DNA from: a virus
Length of the DNA stretch: 38,298 nt
Direction: 5' to 3' (one strand)
IMG/VR virus record: IMGVR_UViG_3300040801_000896
Coordinates: 1-38,298 of that record
Made by a program: the position numbers and the translations under genes
Shown: positions 23,691 to 32,422 of the stretch, one piece after another
How positions within the stretch are numbered: position 1 is the stretch's first letter
How the letters are laid out: each line of letters opens with the position of its first letter
Notes under the pieces: generated by a model
What the model was told of the DNA's origin: nothing
The model's input: only the letters and a program-made list of their open reading frames with translations
Databases searched by the model: none

Positions 23691-25091
23691 TTACTTGGCC
23701 CGAAGGGCTTGGAGGTTCCGCAAGGTTGCCATGAATTCGGATTGGTTGTCTCCCTTGAATTCAACAGCGTCCGCAATGGCATCGTCAATGGACCCGGGAC
23801 AAAGGAGCCGGAAGATTCTTGTTTCCTCCTTCTGACCTTGCCGGGCAACCCGGGCATTGAATTGGTCATAAAGTTCCCGGTTGTGGTCCATTGAAAACCA
23901 GACCGCCCGGCAACCCCCATGTTGGAGGTTGAGCCCGTGGCCAATGCTCTTGGGGTGGGCAACCCAATAAGGGATTTCCCCCCGGTTCCATCGGTCAAGA
24001 TTGCCCTCTTCAAAAGCTTCCGCCCCGGGGACACTCTCCAAGATTCTGGAAGCTTCATGACGGTAGCGGGTTGCCACAAGGAAGGGCTTTCTCCCTTCGG
24101 AATGGTAAAGAGCCTCAAGAGCCTTCAACTTGGCATTGTGGAGGACTTTTACCCGCTTGGGGAGGGGTCTTCCGTCCTCCCCCGGGGGTGGGGTTTCATA
24201 AATGGCCCCGGAAGTAACTTGAACCAACTTTGTGATAAGGACCCCGGCATTGACGGCGGCAACCTCAAAGTCTTCTTCAAGTAAAAGGAGAAGTTCCTTT
24301 TCAAGTTCCTTGTAAAGCCCCCTTGCCTCCTTCGGGAGGGCAACCGGAATGTCAATTGTTTCGGTTGGGGGGATTTTCAGCCAATCCTCTGAACGAAGGG
24401 TCAAGGCAATGTCCGCAAGTTTCTTTTCGATTGTGACCTTGTGTTCCTCCTTCAACTTGAACTTTGGATGGTCCGCCCGGGGGTTGATAACGTCAAAAAG
24501 GTTTTGCTGAAAATGAGTGAAGGACTTCCCCAACCTTTTGCCTTCGTCCAAAAGGCGGATTTGGGCAAACAAATCAAGTTGCCCGTTGGGTATGGGGGTT
24601 CCGGTCAATCCCCAAAACCGCTTGAATTTAAACCGTTGGGCTTTGAAGGCATGGACCCGCTTTGAATTGTGGTTCTTGGCTTGGGTCAACTCGTCAAAAA
24701 TGACGGTATCAACCGGAAGGTCCTTGGTCTTCCAACCTTTGAGACATTGCAGGACAAACCGGGGGAGGGATTCCCAATTGATTGTGTAAATTTCCGCCTC
24801 CCCGGTCTTCCAAGCTTCCATCCCTACCCGGGTCCGGAGGTTGGCAACCCTCCATCCGGAGAATTGAGCCCAACGGGCAACCTCATGGGGCCAAGTCAAA
24901 GTTGAAACCCGAAGGGGGGCAACAATGAGGGCCCCCCGGCAGTCCCCGCCCCCCATCAAATGTTCGAGGGCGGCAAGGACCATGGCGGACTTGCCCAAGC
25001 CACAACCGGCAAAAAGGGCGGCTTCATCCCGTTCAATAAGCCAAGGAATCCCAAGCTTTTGATGGGGGAGGGGTTTAAACTTTTCGGACAT
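23691..25091 (-). CDS. SNF2-family helicase (ORF-track start 25145; ATG at 25091 preferred)
   Basis: Motif I AGCGLGKS, motif II IFDELTQ (DExx), and C-terminal QFNARVARQGQ (motif VI-like). Confidence 0.85.
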   Translation of the reverse strand: MSEKFKPLPHQKLGIPWLIERDEAALFAGCGLGKSAMVLAALEHLMGGGDCRGALIVAPLRVSTLTWPHEVARWAQFSGWRVANLRTRVGMEAWKTGEAEIYTINWESLPRFVLQCLKGWKTKDLPVDTVIFDELTQAKNHNSKRVHAFKAQRFKFKRFWGLTGTPIPNGQLDLFAQIRLLDEGKRLGKSFTHFQQNLFDVINPRADHPKFKLKEEHKVTIEKKLADIALTLRSEDWLKIPPTETIDIPVALPKEARGLYKELEKELLLLLEEDFEVAAVNAGVLITKLVQVTSGAIYETPPPGEDGRPLPKRVKVLHNAKLKALEALYHSEGRKPFLVATRYRHEASRILESVPGAEAFEEGNLDRWNRGEIPYWVAHPKSIGHGLNLQHGGCRAVWFSMDHNRELYDQFNARVARQGQKEETRIFRLLCPGSIDDAIADAVEFKGDNQSEFMATLRNLQALRAK

Positions 25092-25365
25092 CGCAAAGGA
25101 AGGAAATTGCCTTCTTGCCTTCCTCCAAGGAATCCACCCAAGCAACCTTTTGCCCTTGCTCTTGCAGGATTCGGAGTTCCCGCAATTGAAGGGCGGTTGG
25201 GGTCTTCCCGGGGGCTTTCAACTCCAAGAAGAGGACCCCACTATTGGGGGCAATAACAATTCTATCCGGGACCCCCCGCCGGGCGGGGGAACTGAATTTG
25301 TAATACAGGCAACCCCGGCTTTTGGCAAACCGCCCAAGCTTCTCTTCAAGCTCTTTTTCGCTCAC
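25075..25365 (-). CDS. VRR-NUC domain nuclease
   Basis: 96 aa. RGVPDRIVI...VLFLELKAPGK fits the VRR-NUC D...E-x-K signature. Adjacent to the SNF2 helicase, as in many phage replication modules. Confidence 0.8.
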   Translation of the reverse strand: MSEKELEEKLGRFAKSRGCLYYKFSSPARRGVPDRIVIAPNSGVLFLELKAPGKTPTALQLRELRILQEQGQKVAWVDSLEEGKKAISFLCDVRKV

Positions 25366-25640
25366 AACTTGGAAAGCCCCGGATGGTTGGTTTTAATTGC
25401 CCGGTTGATTTCCCGCCGTTCGCAACGCTGAACTTGGACAATCAACTTTTCCAAGATGGGCAACCGGGGTTCCGGGCTTTCAAGCTCAAGGAGAACCAAC
25501 CTCTTCAAATCATCCTTGTTGGGTTTGTTGACCTTGAGGGCCCGAACAAGTTTGTTCCACCCGTCAAGATACCCGGCGGACAAAAGCCGCTCCCGGTCCT
25601 TTTGGGGGACGGTCGGTTGAGTTGGAAAAATCTTTTTCAT
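25362..25640 (-). CDS. Hypothetical protein (ORF-track start 25700 lies inside the polymerase gene)
   Basis: MKKIFPTQPTVPQKDRERLLSAGYLDGWNKLV... No family recognised. Confidence 0.55.
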   Translation of the reverse strand: MKKIFPTQPTVPQKDRERLLSAGYLDGWNKLVRALKVNKPNKDDLKRLVLLELESPEPRLPILEKLIVQVQRCERREINRAIKTNHPGLSKL

Positions 25641-25680
25641 TGTGGGGGAGGTAAAACGGAAACCGTTTATTGTGCAAGAC

Positions 25681-27699
25681 CTATTTTTGGTAGAACTCAA
25701 CCAACTGTCCTTCCGCTTCCACCGGGAGCCCTTCCGCCCAACCGGGGAGAGTGCAAAGGGCTTGGCAATACCCTTCCACCGTCAAGGAGGGGTCCCCGAA
25801 GGCAAGGCATTGGTCATGGACCGGCATGAAGATTTGAAAGCCCCGGGACTCCGCAACAATCATCCCATGGGTCAGAATATCCCCGGCGGTTGCTTGGGTT
25901 GCGTTCTCCAAGAGCTTGCCCCCGAAGGTGGAAACCCAACCCCAAACCTGCTTGCCCGGGGGCTTGCCCCAAAATTGGATTTCATCCGCTTCATACTCCC
26001 GCCCTTGGTATTCCTTCCAAACTCTTTGAATTCGGGCTTTTGGGTAAATAAGGCGGTGACCACTAGGGAGGGACATAACAAGGGCCGGGAACCCGGCTTT
26101 ATTTGTCATTCCAAAGGCAATCCGGGCGGTTGCCTTGAAGATTTTCCCGGGGTTGCGGATTGCGTTCATGGCGGCTTGCCCGATGGAAGCCCAAGCCCCC
26201 ACAATTTCCGGATTGCTTGCCCTCCAAGCGTTGACCGCCTTGACTGCCAACTCAATTGGGATGTCCTGCCCATAGCTTGAACAAGTCCCCTTGAACTTGT
26301 CCGCCCCCATTTGGTAACCGCAACCAAGTTCCGCTTGCTTCCCAACAAACCTTTCAAGGGAGTTCTTGCCGATGGACTCAACCGGAACCCCAAAGATTTT
26401 GGACCCCATTTGTTCATAAATTGGTTCCCCCCGGCGGAAGTGTTCAAGCTTCTCTTCCGCCCCACAAAGCCAAGGGTTGACCCGGGCTTCAATGGCGGAG
26501 TAATCAGCATCAAAAATGCCTTGGGGCCAATGGATGAAATGCCGGATACAGCTTGCCACCGTCTCCAAGGTGGGGCCAAAGAGGGCTTCAAGGGCTTCCG
26601 GGTCCGTCCCCCGGCAAAGAAGCTTGTAAGCAAGTTTTGTGTCCGGAACGGTTGGCTTGCGGAAGTTTTGCGGTTGGATGATCCTCCCGGCGGAACGGTG
26701 GGTCCTTTCCGCCCCGGACCACAAGACCGCCCCCCGGACTCTCCCATCCGAGCAAGCCGCCCCCAACATGGATGGGACCTTCTTGACGGCGGCAAAGGCA
26801 ATCTCATTGCGAAGTTGGAGGGCCCGGAAGGCTTCCGGTTCCATCCCGTATGACTCCGGACCATTGGCCAAGACCTTTTCCACCGTGGCGGATTTCAGGT
26901 TCTTGGCCGGGTAACCCCGTTCAATCAACCAAGCTTGGACCTTATCCCGTTGGGTATGTTCCAACCCGGTGATTCCCCGGAACTCCTTTGCCCTCCCTTC
27001 GGTGAATTCGGAAACCAACTTATGGGTCTTTTGGAGGGCAGGGACATTGACCGGGATTCCCCGTTCATTCATCCTTTGGTCAAATTGGAAACCCGCCAAG
27101 ATGTCCCCCTTGAGTTCAAAGGCGGCAAGCCTCTTGTGGAGGGCTCTTTCTGTCTCAACATCTTGGATACAGTATTCCCCGAACTCCCGGAAGGCTTCCG
27201 GTTCCTCTTGGGGCAAAATCCGTTCCCCCTTCCGCTTTCCGGAGGTTTGCAGGATGGAGAATTTCCGAATCAATGTCTTCCCCCTTGCATCTTTCTTCAT
27301 GGGGAGGTTGAGGAATTCGGCGGCTTTGTCCAAAGATGAAGGGATTGCCGCCCTTCGGGCCATGGCGGCGGTGCAACGCCATTTGTTCAAGGCGGGGAAC
27401 CCGTCAAAGTGGTTACCCCAACAATACTTTGAGACGGCGGCTTCAAATTGGGCGTTATGGGCATAGATCAAAGAATCATCCTCCATGATGGCTTCATTGA
27501 CCCATTGGAGGGCCCGGTAATTGTCCCCCGGGATAACCTCCCGGTAAAGCGGATGGACCCAAAGCCGGGGGCGGTCCTCCCCCTTGGCAATGGCGCAAAG
27601 AAGGATTTCCGTTGACGGGTCCGAAGCGTAACGGAAAGCCCCAAAACTCTTGAGGTCCGCCGTTGAAAAGGTTTCAAAATCAAGATGAAAAACAGACAT
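25681..27699 (-). CDS. Family A DNA polymerase with 3'-5' exonuclease domain
   Basis: Exo I HLDFETFS, motif A FDADYSAIEARV, motif B RFVGKQAELGCGYQMG, motif C MPVHDQ. 672 aa. Confidence 0.9.
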   Translation of the reverse strand: MSVFHLDFETFSTADLKSFGAFRYASDPSTEILLCAIAKGEDRPRLWVHPLYREVIPGDNYRALQWVNEAIMEDDSLIYAHNAQFEAAVSKYCWGNHFDGFPALNKWRCTAAMARRAAIPSSLDKAAEFLNLPMKKDARGKTLIRKFSILQTSGKRKGERILPQEEPEAFREFGEYCIQDVETERALHKRLAAFELKGDILAGFQFDQRMNERGIPVNVPALQKTHKLVSEFTEGRAKEFRGITGLEHTQRDKVQAWLIERGYPAKNLKSATVEKVLANGPESYGMEPEAFRALQLRNEIAFAAVKKVPSMLGAACSDGRVRGAVLWSGAERTHRSAGRIIQPQNFRKPTVPDTKLAYKLLCRGTDPEALEALFGPTLETVASCIRHFIHWPQGIFDADYSAIEARVNPWLCGAEEKLEHFRRGEPIYEQMGSKIFGVPVESIGKNSLERFVGKQAELGCGYQMGADKFKGTCSSYGQDIPIELAVKAVNAWRASNPEIVGAWASIGQAAMNAIRNPGKIFKATARIAFGMTNKAGFPALVMSLPSGHRLIYPKARIQRVWKEYQGREYEADEIQFWGKPPGKQVWGWVSTFGGKLLENATQATAGDILTHGMIVAESRGFQIFMPVHDQCLAFGDPSLTVEGYCQALCTLPGWAEGLPVEAEGQLVEFYQK

Positions 27700-28262
27700 T
27701 AAAAGGGGTTTTCTTCTTCCCGTCCCCGGGCAAGACGTTGGAGGGTTTCAACCTTCTTGAGGACTTGGCTTGCCTCCGCAAAGTAAGACGAAAAGAAACT
27801 TTCGTTTCCGTCAACCGCTTTGGCAATGGCCCGGGCAATGGGTTCCCGGGGGTCCGTCATGCCTTCAACAGAGTGGGAGCAATTTTCCATCCAAGTGAGA
27901 ATCCGAAGGTTGTCGAGTTGGTAAGGTTTGGCCGGGTCAATCCGGTCAATGGTCAAGGACTCTGATTTCTTGCCTTTGTTCTCAAGGTAACCCGTCCCCC
28001 GGCAAAAGTTTTTGAACTCCGCAAATGTAATGAGAAACTTGATACCCCGCTTACGGGCGGAAGCTTCAAGACAGGTCCAAGCGTAATAGGTGGGGTTGTT
28101 CAACCTTTGCTTGCGGCTCTTGCAGGTGTTGCAATCCCTTCTCCCGGACCGGGCTTCCCGGCGGCAACCCCAATGTTTACAGATTCCCCGCTTGAACTTA
28201 AAAACCCGGGTTCCCTCTGAAACCTCTTTGAAGAGGTATTTGTGAGGGAACCCGGGCAGCAT
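27699..28262 (-). CDS. Zinc-ribbon protein with a degenerate HNH-like C-terminal segment
   Basis: Cys cluster CKHWGC...C-N-T-C. The segment TIDRIDPAKPYQLDNLRILTWMENCSH resembles HNH_3 (DH-x-D...N-L...N), but Arg replaces the catalytic His. Confidence 0.5.
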   Translation of the reverse strand: MLPGFPHKYLFKEVSEGTRVFKFKRGICKHWGCRREARSGRRDCNTCKSRKQRLNNPTYYAWTCLEASARKRGIKFLITFAEFKNFCRGTGYLENKGKKSESLTIDRIDPAKPYQLDNLRILTWMENCSHSVEGMTDPREPIARAIAKAVDGNESFFSSYFAEASQVLKKVETLQRLARGREEENPF

Positions 28263-28287
28263 GACACAAACGGCAAAGGATTAAATC

Positions 28288-28866
28288 CTAATCAAGTCCG
28301 TCCCCGTCTTCCTCTTCCGATTCATCAGAGAAGACGGCTTCCGCATTGACGGTTTCCCCGAAGGGCTCCCCATCATTGACGAATTGGACCGCCAAGAGGT
28401 TTGCGGAAACCCCCTTGGTTTTGAAGGCGGCATTGTTGTAAGCCCAAAAGCTCACAAGGGCATTGACGTAGCAACCCGCATAGGGCTTCCCGTCCGCTTC
28501 CACAAGCGGAATGGAGGGGTTGCGGTCAACCACTTGGGGGCGGGTCTTGTTGGAGGCGGAAATGAACATGACTTCTTCCCCGTAACCCGCCTTGTCTTCC
28601 TTCTCTTCCCCGTCCCGGAGACAGAACCGGCAGTTGATTGGGATTTTCCCATTGAAGAACTCCAAAGCGGTTGCCTTGGTGGCTTCTTCAACTTGTTTGA
28701 TTGCTTTCGCATGGGTCCGCTTGCCCAAGAGAAGCGTTGCGGAGAACTTGGGTTCCGAAGTCTTTCCGTTAGCATCCGTGAACCCCCGGGGAGTGAAGAG
28801 GGACGGATAAGACAAACGGACGTTCTTCAAAAGAACCTGTTTCTTGGTGATTTCCTGTTTAGGCAT
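28288..28866 (-). CDS. DUF2815-type phage single-stranded DNA-binding protein (ORF-track start 28917)
   Basis: MPKQEITKKQVLLKNVRLSYPSLFTP...KFSATLLL is the typical DUF2815 N-terminus. It has an acidic C-terminal tail SDESEEEDGDGLD and sits between the DUF2800-type nuclease and the polymerase. Confidence 0.8.
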   Translation of the reverse strand: MPKQEITKKQVLLKNVRLSYPSLFTPRGFTDANGKTSEPKFSATLLLGKRTHAKAIKQVEEATKATALEFFNGKIPINCRFCLRDGEEKEDKAGYGEEVMFISASNKTRPQVVDRNPSIPLVEADGKPYAGCYVNALVSFWAYNNAAFKTKGVSANLLAVQFVNDGEPFGETVNAEAVFSDESEEEDGDGLD

Positions 28867-29083
28867 TTTATCTGATTTTCTGATTATTGGGTTTGAATTT
28901 GAGGGAACACCCCTCAAAAAGCAGTAAGAATTCGATTACGTTTCAAAGCAATGACCAAAGACCGCCGGGAGGGGTTTTTTTCCTTCCGGGGGATTCTATA
29001 AATGAAAAGTTGAAATTTCCATTTGAGGCGGAGAAGGAACAACCGGAAGGGCCCCCGGTTGAGGCGGTCAAGATTTTGCTTGG

Positions 29084-30367
29084 TCATGCCAAAGGGTCTT
29101 CCTCTTCCCCAAGGGTTTCAACTTCAAAAACCTCTTGGGCTTTGGGGATGTTGACCGCCTCCCGGGGGTCTTCCGCAAGGGCAAGGACATCCTTTGCCGG
29201 GCCCCGGGTCACAAGTTCCGCAAAGCGGTTTTTGAAGCGGGTTGAAAATTCCTTTTCATGGGGCTTCAAGAGCTTTTCCACTTGGGCAACGGACTTCAAC
29301 TTCTTAGTGAAACGGTCCCCGGCGGGAATATACTTGGCAACCAACTTGGCGGCGGCGGTTTCATCCGCCCAATTGCGGTTCCCCTCCCTACCCTTCACAA
29401 GCTTCAATCCGGGGATTTCCTGCCCGGCAGCAAGGGCGGCTTGGGCGGAGTCCATGACATCTTGAACCCATTTGATGAACTCCTTGCCCCGGGAAACGAT
29501 GGCAACAACCTGTTCCGGAGTAAGGAGGGGGTAACCCTCTTCAAGGACGGCAAGGGCAACTTCATTCTGTTCCGTTTCCTCCGGGTCCAAGTTTTCAAAG
29601 ACATTGAAAGCCATTGGGTTTGAAAGATACTCCGCCCGGGCTTTGCAAAAACCTTTGGCGGGGCAAAACTGGCAAGCCCCTTCCGCTTCTGGGTCAAAAA
29701 TAATGGCTTCTTCCCAACCGGCAAAATCCTTCCCATGTTCCCGGAAAAGGGCAATGTCCCCGGCGGTTTGGGCAATATTATCAGTGAACATCTTCAATTC
29801 CGCAACGGTGACCACCCAAAGTTTGACGGGCTCATCCGGGGAGTGAAAGGACCGGGGTTGAACAATGCCCATCGTAACCAACATCCCGTCCGGGAATTCA
29901 TACAATCCGGAGCCCTCCAAATCATCGACCAAGGACCGGGTATAGATGGCAAGTTGCTTGTTGTTCCGGGCTTGGACATCCACCCCAACCCCATGCTTAT
30001 AATCCAAGACATAAAGCCGGGTTTCTGAAATCAAGGCAAAGTCAACGGTCCCGGTTTCCTCCGGGGAATAGAAGAGTGGGACCGCCCGTTCAATGAAGAC
30101 TTCATCTTCCGGTTGGGTCAACCGTTGGGCAAGGTTCACAAAAGCCCCAACAGCTTCTTGCATTTGCTCTTCTTCCGGGACTTCGGAGAGGTCCGCAAGC
30201 CCGTTCAAAATGTTGGAAGCCCATTCGTGTGCAAGGGTTCCCTCTTCTGCATAGGAAGAGGAATCCGGCGGCAATTGGTCCTTGTTCTCTTCAATGAGAG
30301 AAACCGAAGCGGTGCAAGTGGTCCACCGGGAGGCGGCGGAAGGGGCAAGTCGGGCATGTTGTGTCAT
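29084..30367 (-). CDS. DUF2800 / Cas4-like PD-(D/E)XK nuclease
   Basis: N-terminus ARLAPSAASRWTTCTAS. Nuclease core TVDFALISETRLYVLDYKHG. C-terminal Cys cluster CQFCPAKGFC. Confidence 0.8.
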   Translation of the reverse strand: MTQHARLAPSAASRWTTCTASVSLIEENKDQLPPDSSSYAEEGTLAHEWASNILNGLADLSEVPEEEQMQEAVGAFVNLAQRLTQPEDEVFIERAVPLFYSPEETGTVDFALISETRLYVLDYKHGVGVDVQARNNKQLAIYTRSLVDDLEGSGLYEFPDGMLVTMGIVQPRSFHSPDEPVKLWVVTVAELKMFTDNIAQTAGDIALFREHGKDFAGWEEAIIFDPEAEGACQFCPAKGFCKARAEYLSNPMAFNVFENLDPEETEQNEVALAVLEEGYPLLTPEQVVAIVSRGKEFIKWVQDVMDSAQAALAAGQEIPGLKLVKGREGNRNWADETAAAKLVAKYIPAGDRFTKKLKSVAQVEKLLKPHEKEFSTRFKNRFAELVTRGPAKDVLALAEDPREAVNIPKAQEVFEVETLGEEEDPLA

Positions 30368-30509
30368 GGTTGGAAAAAGTAAGTTTTGAAAAGTTGAAGC
30401 AAGGGCCCCGGTCGGTTGGCAGGGTCAAAAATGTCCCGCTCCCGGATTATTCGGTCTTATGGTTGCCGCCTTCTATTAAGACCGGGGCCCTTGCAAGTTT
30501 GTTTGAAGA

Positions 30510-30965
30510 TCAGTCTTCAATCTCCGAAAGCTTGCACCCAAAAACTTCTTCAAGGGCTTCAAGGCAAGCTTCCCGGTTCCCTTCGGGGACGGTGGAAACA
30601 TTCTTGCCCCCATGCTCCCCAAGGATGGCAAGAAATTCCGTTTTCTTGCCCCCGGCAACCATGGCGGTTCCAATCTTGCGGAGGTCCGCAACGGTGACTT
30701 CAACGGGTTCATCTTCCCCGGGTCCGTCCGCCTCTTCCGGCTCCGGTTTGGGCTCTTCCTTCTTGGGGGTGGTCTTACCCTTGGCCTTGCCCTTGGCTTT
30801 GCCCTTTGCCGGGGTGGCAATGACTTCCGCCCCGGAACCGTCGTCCGTCTCAAGGGGCAAGGACTCTTGCCGGGGGTCTTGGGGGAGGGTCAAGCCCTTC
30901 TCCGCAAGGTCTGATTGACGGTTGATTGCATCCGCCAAATTCTGGATTGCTTGTTCTAGTGACAT
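30510..30965 (-). CDS. Hypothetical protein with a KGKAKGKAKGK / acidic linker (ORF-track start 31004)
   Basis: MSLEQAIQNLADAINRQ... Low-complexity middle region. No family recognised. Confidence 0.55.
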   Translation of the reverse strand: MSLEQAIQNLADAINRQSDLAEKGLTLPQDPRQESLPLETDDGSGAEVIATPAKGKAKGKAKGKTTPKKEEPKPEPEEADGPGEDEPVEVTVADLRKIGTAMVAGGKKTEFLAILGEHGGKNVSTVPEGNREACLEALEEVFGCKLSEIED

Positions 30966-31084
30966 ATTGATGTTCCTTTGGGTTGTATTAAGAAAATGGA
31001 ACAAAGGGCCCGGTCCTCAAATCATCGAAAAGATAAATGGGGGGAGAAAGGAGGAAACACCCCCAACCCGGGCCCCTTGAAATT

Positions 31085-31543
31085 TTAGGAAAGCGGGTCC
31101 TCCCCGGTTGCCGGTTCCGCCGTCTTCAAGTCGATGGCTTTGACGGAATCCAAGGAATCCCCAAAGACGGCTTTCAGGTCCTCCGCAAGCTTCTTGCGGC
31201 GGTTGGCTTTCTCCGCCTTCTTCAAGATGGTTGTGACCTGATTTTCAAGGGCATGAAGCCGGGTTTGTTCGCTCCGGGCAGTTGTCCCGGCAACTGACAG
31301 AATCCAACGGTATTGATACCGGGCTTGGGGGTCCAAGTCGGGTTCTTCATGGACCTCCGCAACGGTGGCAATCTTGAGGGTCCCGGCTTCCCCGGTTTCA
31401 ACAATGACTTCATCCCCGGGGGACAGGTCTTCAATGACCGTCATATAAGTGTAAGTCTTGCCGAAAGCCTCAAAGGTCACGGCGGCGGTTTTGATCTGTT
31501 CACAGACCAAGGACATTAGATATTGATTGTTCATGCTTTTCAC
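31085..31543 (-). CDS. Hypothetical protein, about 150 aa (GTG 31543 or ATG 31534)
   Basis: Clean ORF preceded by a diverged promoter-like element. No family recognised. Confidence 0.6.
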   Translation of the reverse strand: MKSMNNQYLMSLVCEQIKTAAVTFEAFGKTYTYMTVIEDLSPGDEVIVETGEAGTLKIATVAEVHEEPDLDPQARYQYRWILSVAGTTARSEQTRLHALENQVTTILKKAEKANRRKKLAEDLKAVFGDSLDSVKAIDLKTAEPATGEDPLS

Positions 31544-31579
31544 TGGTTAAGGGTTCAACGTTTTAAATGTTCGGGGAGA

Positions 31580-31608
31580 ATGGAAAAGGTTTTCCGTTTC
31601 ACGGTCAA
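31580..31608 (-). promoter_or_regulatory. Diverged promoter-like element D: TTGACC-17 nt-TTCCAT
   Basis: Minus-strand reading is TTGACC GTGAAACGGAAAACCTT TTCCAT. It shares GAAACG and an A-tract/T-tract palindrome with modules A-C, and lies in the gap upstream of 31543. Confidence 0.4.
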
Positions 31609-31611
31609 GCC

Positions 31612-31929
31612 TCAATCCAAGATTTGTTCAAAAAATTCCGGGGGGTTTTGTTCGGGCGGAATCTGGAAGAAGAAAAGCCGGGCGGTTGCCTCTTCCGAAT
31701 AGTCCTTGAATCTTGGATACACCCGGGGGTTTTTATCCATCAAATTTTCAATGACCCGTCCTTGGGCTTCGGAAAAGTCAACCGTCCGGTAAAGGTTGCT
31801 TTCTACAAACTTCAACTCCCATTCATTCAACTTGGGGTCCCGGGTTGCGTCCAATTGGCGCAAGAAGCTTTTGTAAAAGGTTTGGACTTGGACCCGAGAA
31901 AGCCCGGGGATTTGATGGGGCTTCCTCAT
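31612..31929 (-). CDS. Hypothetical protein (ATG 31929; ORF-track start 32007)
   Basis: MRKPHQIPGLSRVQVQTFYKSF... ATGA overlap with the upstream small ORF. Confidence 0.55.
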   Translation of the reverse strand: MRKPHQIPGLSRVQVQTFYKSFLRQLDATRDPKLNEWELKFVESNLYRTVDFSEAQGRVIENLMDKNPRVYPRFKDYSEEATARLFFFQIPPEQNPPEFFEQILD

Positions 31930-32111
31930 AAGCTCTTCACCCTTTCCCGCCGTTCGGAAAGAATGGCGTTGTAAGAAAATTGGTTCCCCCTCCCGGGGCG
32001 GAACCACCGTTCCCCGTATCTGGTTTTAACCAACTTCCAACCGGACAACCGGAGGAAAAGGTTTCCACTTGTGGTATGGATGAAGAGAAGGAGGGCTTGA
32101 AGGATTCTCAT
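31926..32111 (-). CDS. Hypothetical 61 aa protein, translationally coupled at both ends
   Basis: Its ATG at 32111 overlaps the TGA of 32108-32419 (ATGA). Its own TGA overlaps the ATG at 31929 (ATGA). Confidence 0.5.
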   Translation of the reverse strand: MRILQALLLFIHTTSGNLFLRLSGWKLVKTRYGERWFRPGRGNQFSYNAILSERRERVKSL

Positions 32112-32419
32112 TGCTTGCCCCCTTTCTTAACCAACCGGGAATGTTGGGAATTCAGCTTCTTGAGAAGGCGGAAACCTTTGGGGGTAACCTTGCCCCCAGT
32201 TGAATGGTTCTCCTTGGAAATGGCTTCCCATGCTTCGGAATAGGTCAAGCCCCGTTGCCCGTTGTGGGAATACCGCCGGATACCATCGCAGGGGAGGGCC
32301 CGGACGGGCTTTGCCGGGGTTGGGGCATATCGGGGGTTCCGGATGTCCCGGGAGAAGATTTGCCGGGCTTGGGCGGCTTTGTGGTCCGCTTCCCGTTGTT
32401 CTTGTGTTCGTTTGTCCAT
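32108..32419 (-). CDS. Hypothetical basic protein, 103 aa
   Basis: ORF immediately downstream of the ParB-like gene. No family recognised. Confidence 0.55.
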   Translation of the reverse strand: MDKRTQEQREADHKAAQARQIFSRDIRNPRYAPTPAKPVRALPCDGIRRYSHNGQRGLTYSEAWEAISKENHSTGGKVTPKGFRLLKKLNSQHSRLVKKGGKQ

Positions 32420-32422
32420 GGT

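Noticed and set aside
30368-30509. TTGACC hexamers upstream of the DUF2800 gene (30423-30428) and in the SSB leader (29066-29071), as further promoters.
   Set aside because: The sequence at the expected -10 position (CCCTTG, TTCCGG) is unconvincing, and there is no similarity to the conserved module. TTGACC is also favoured by the genome's oligonucleotide bias.
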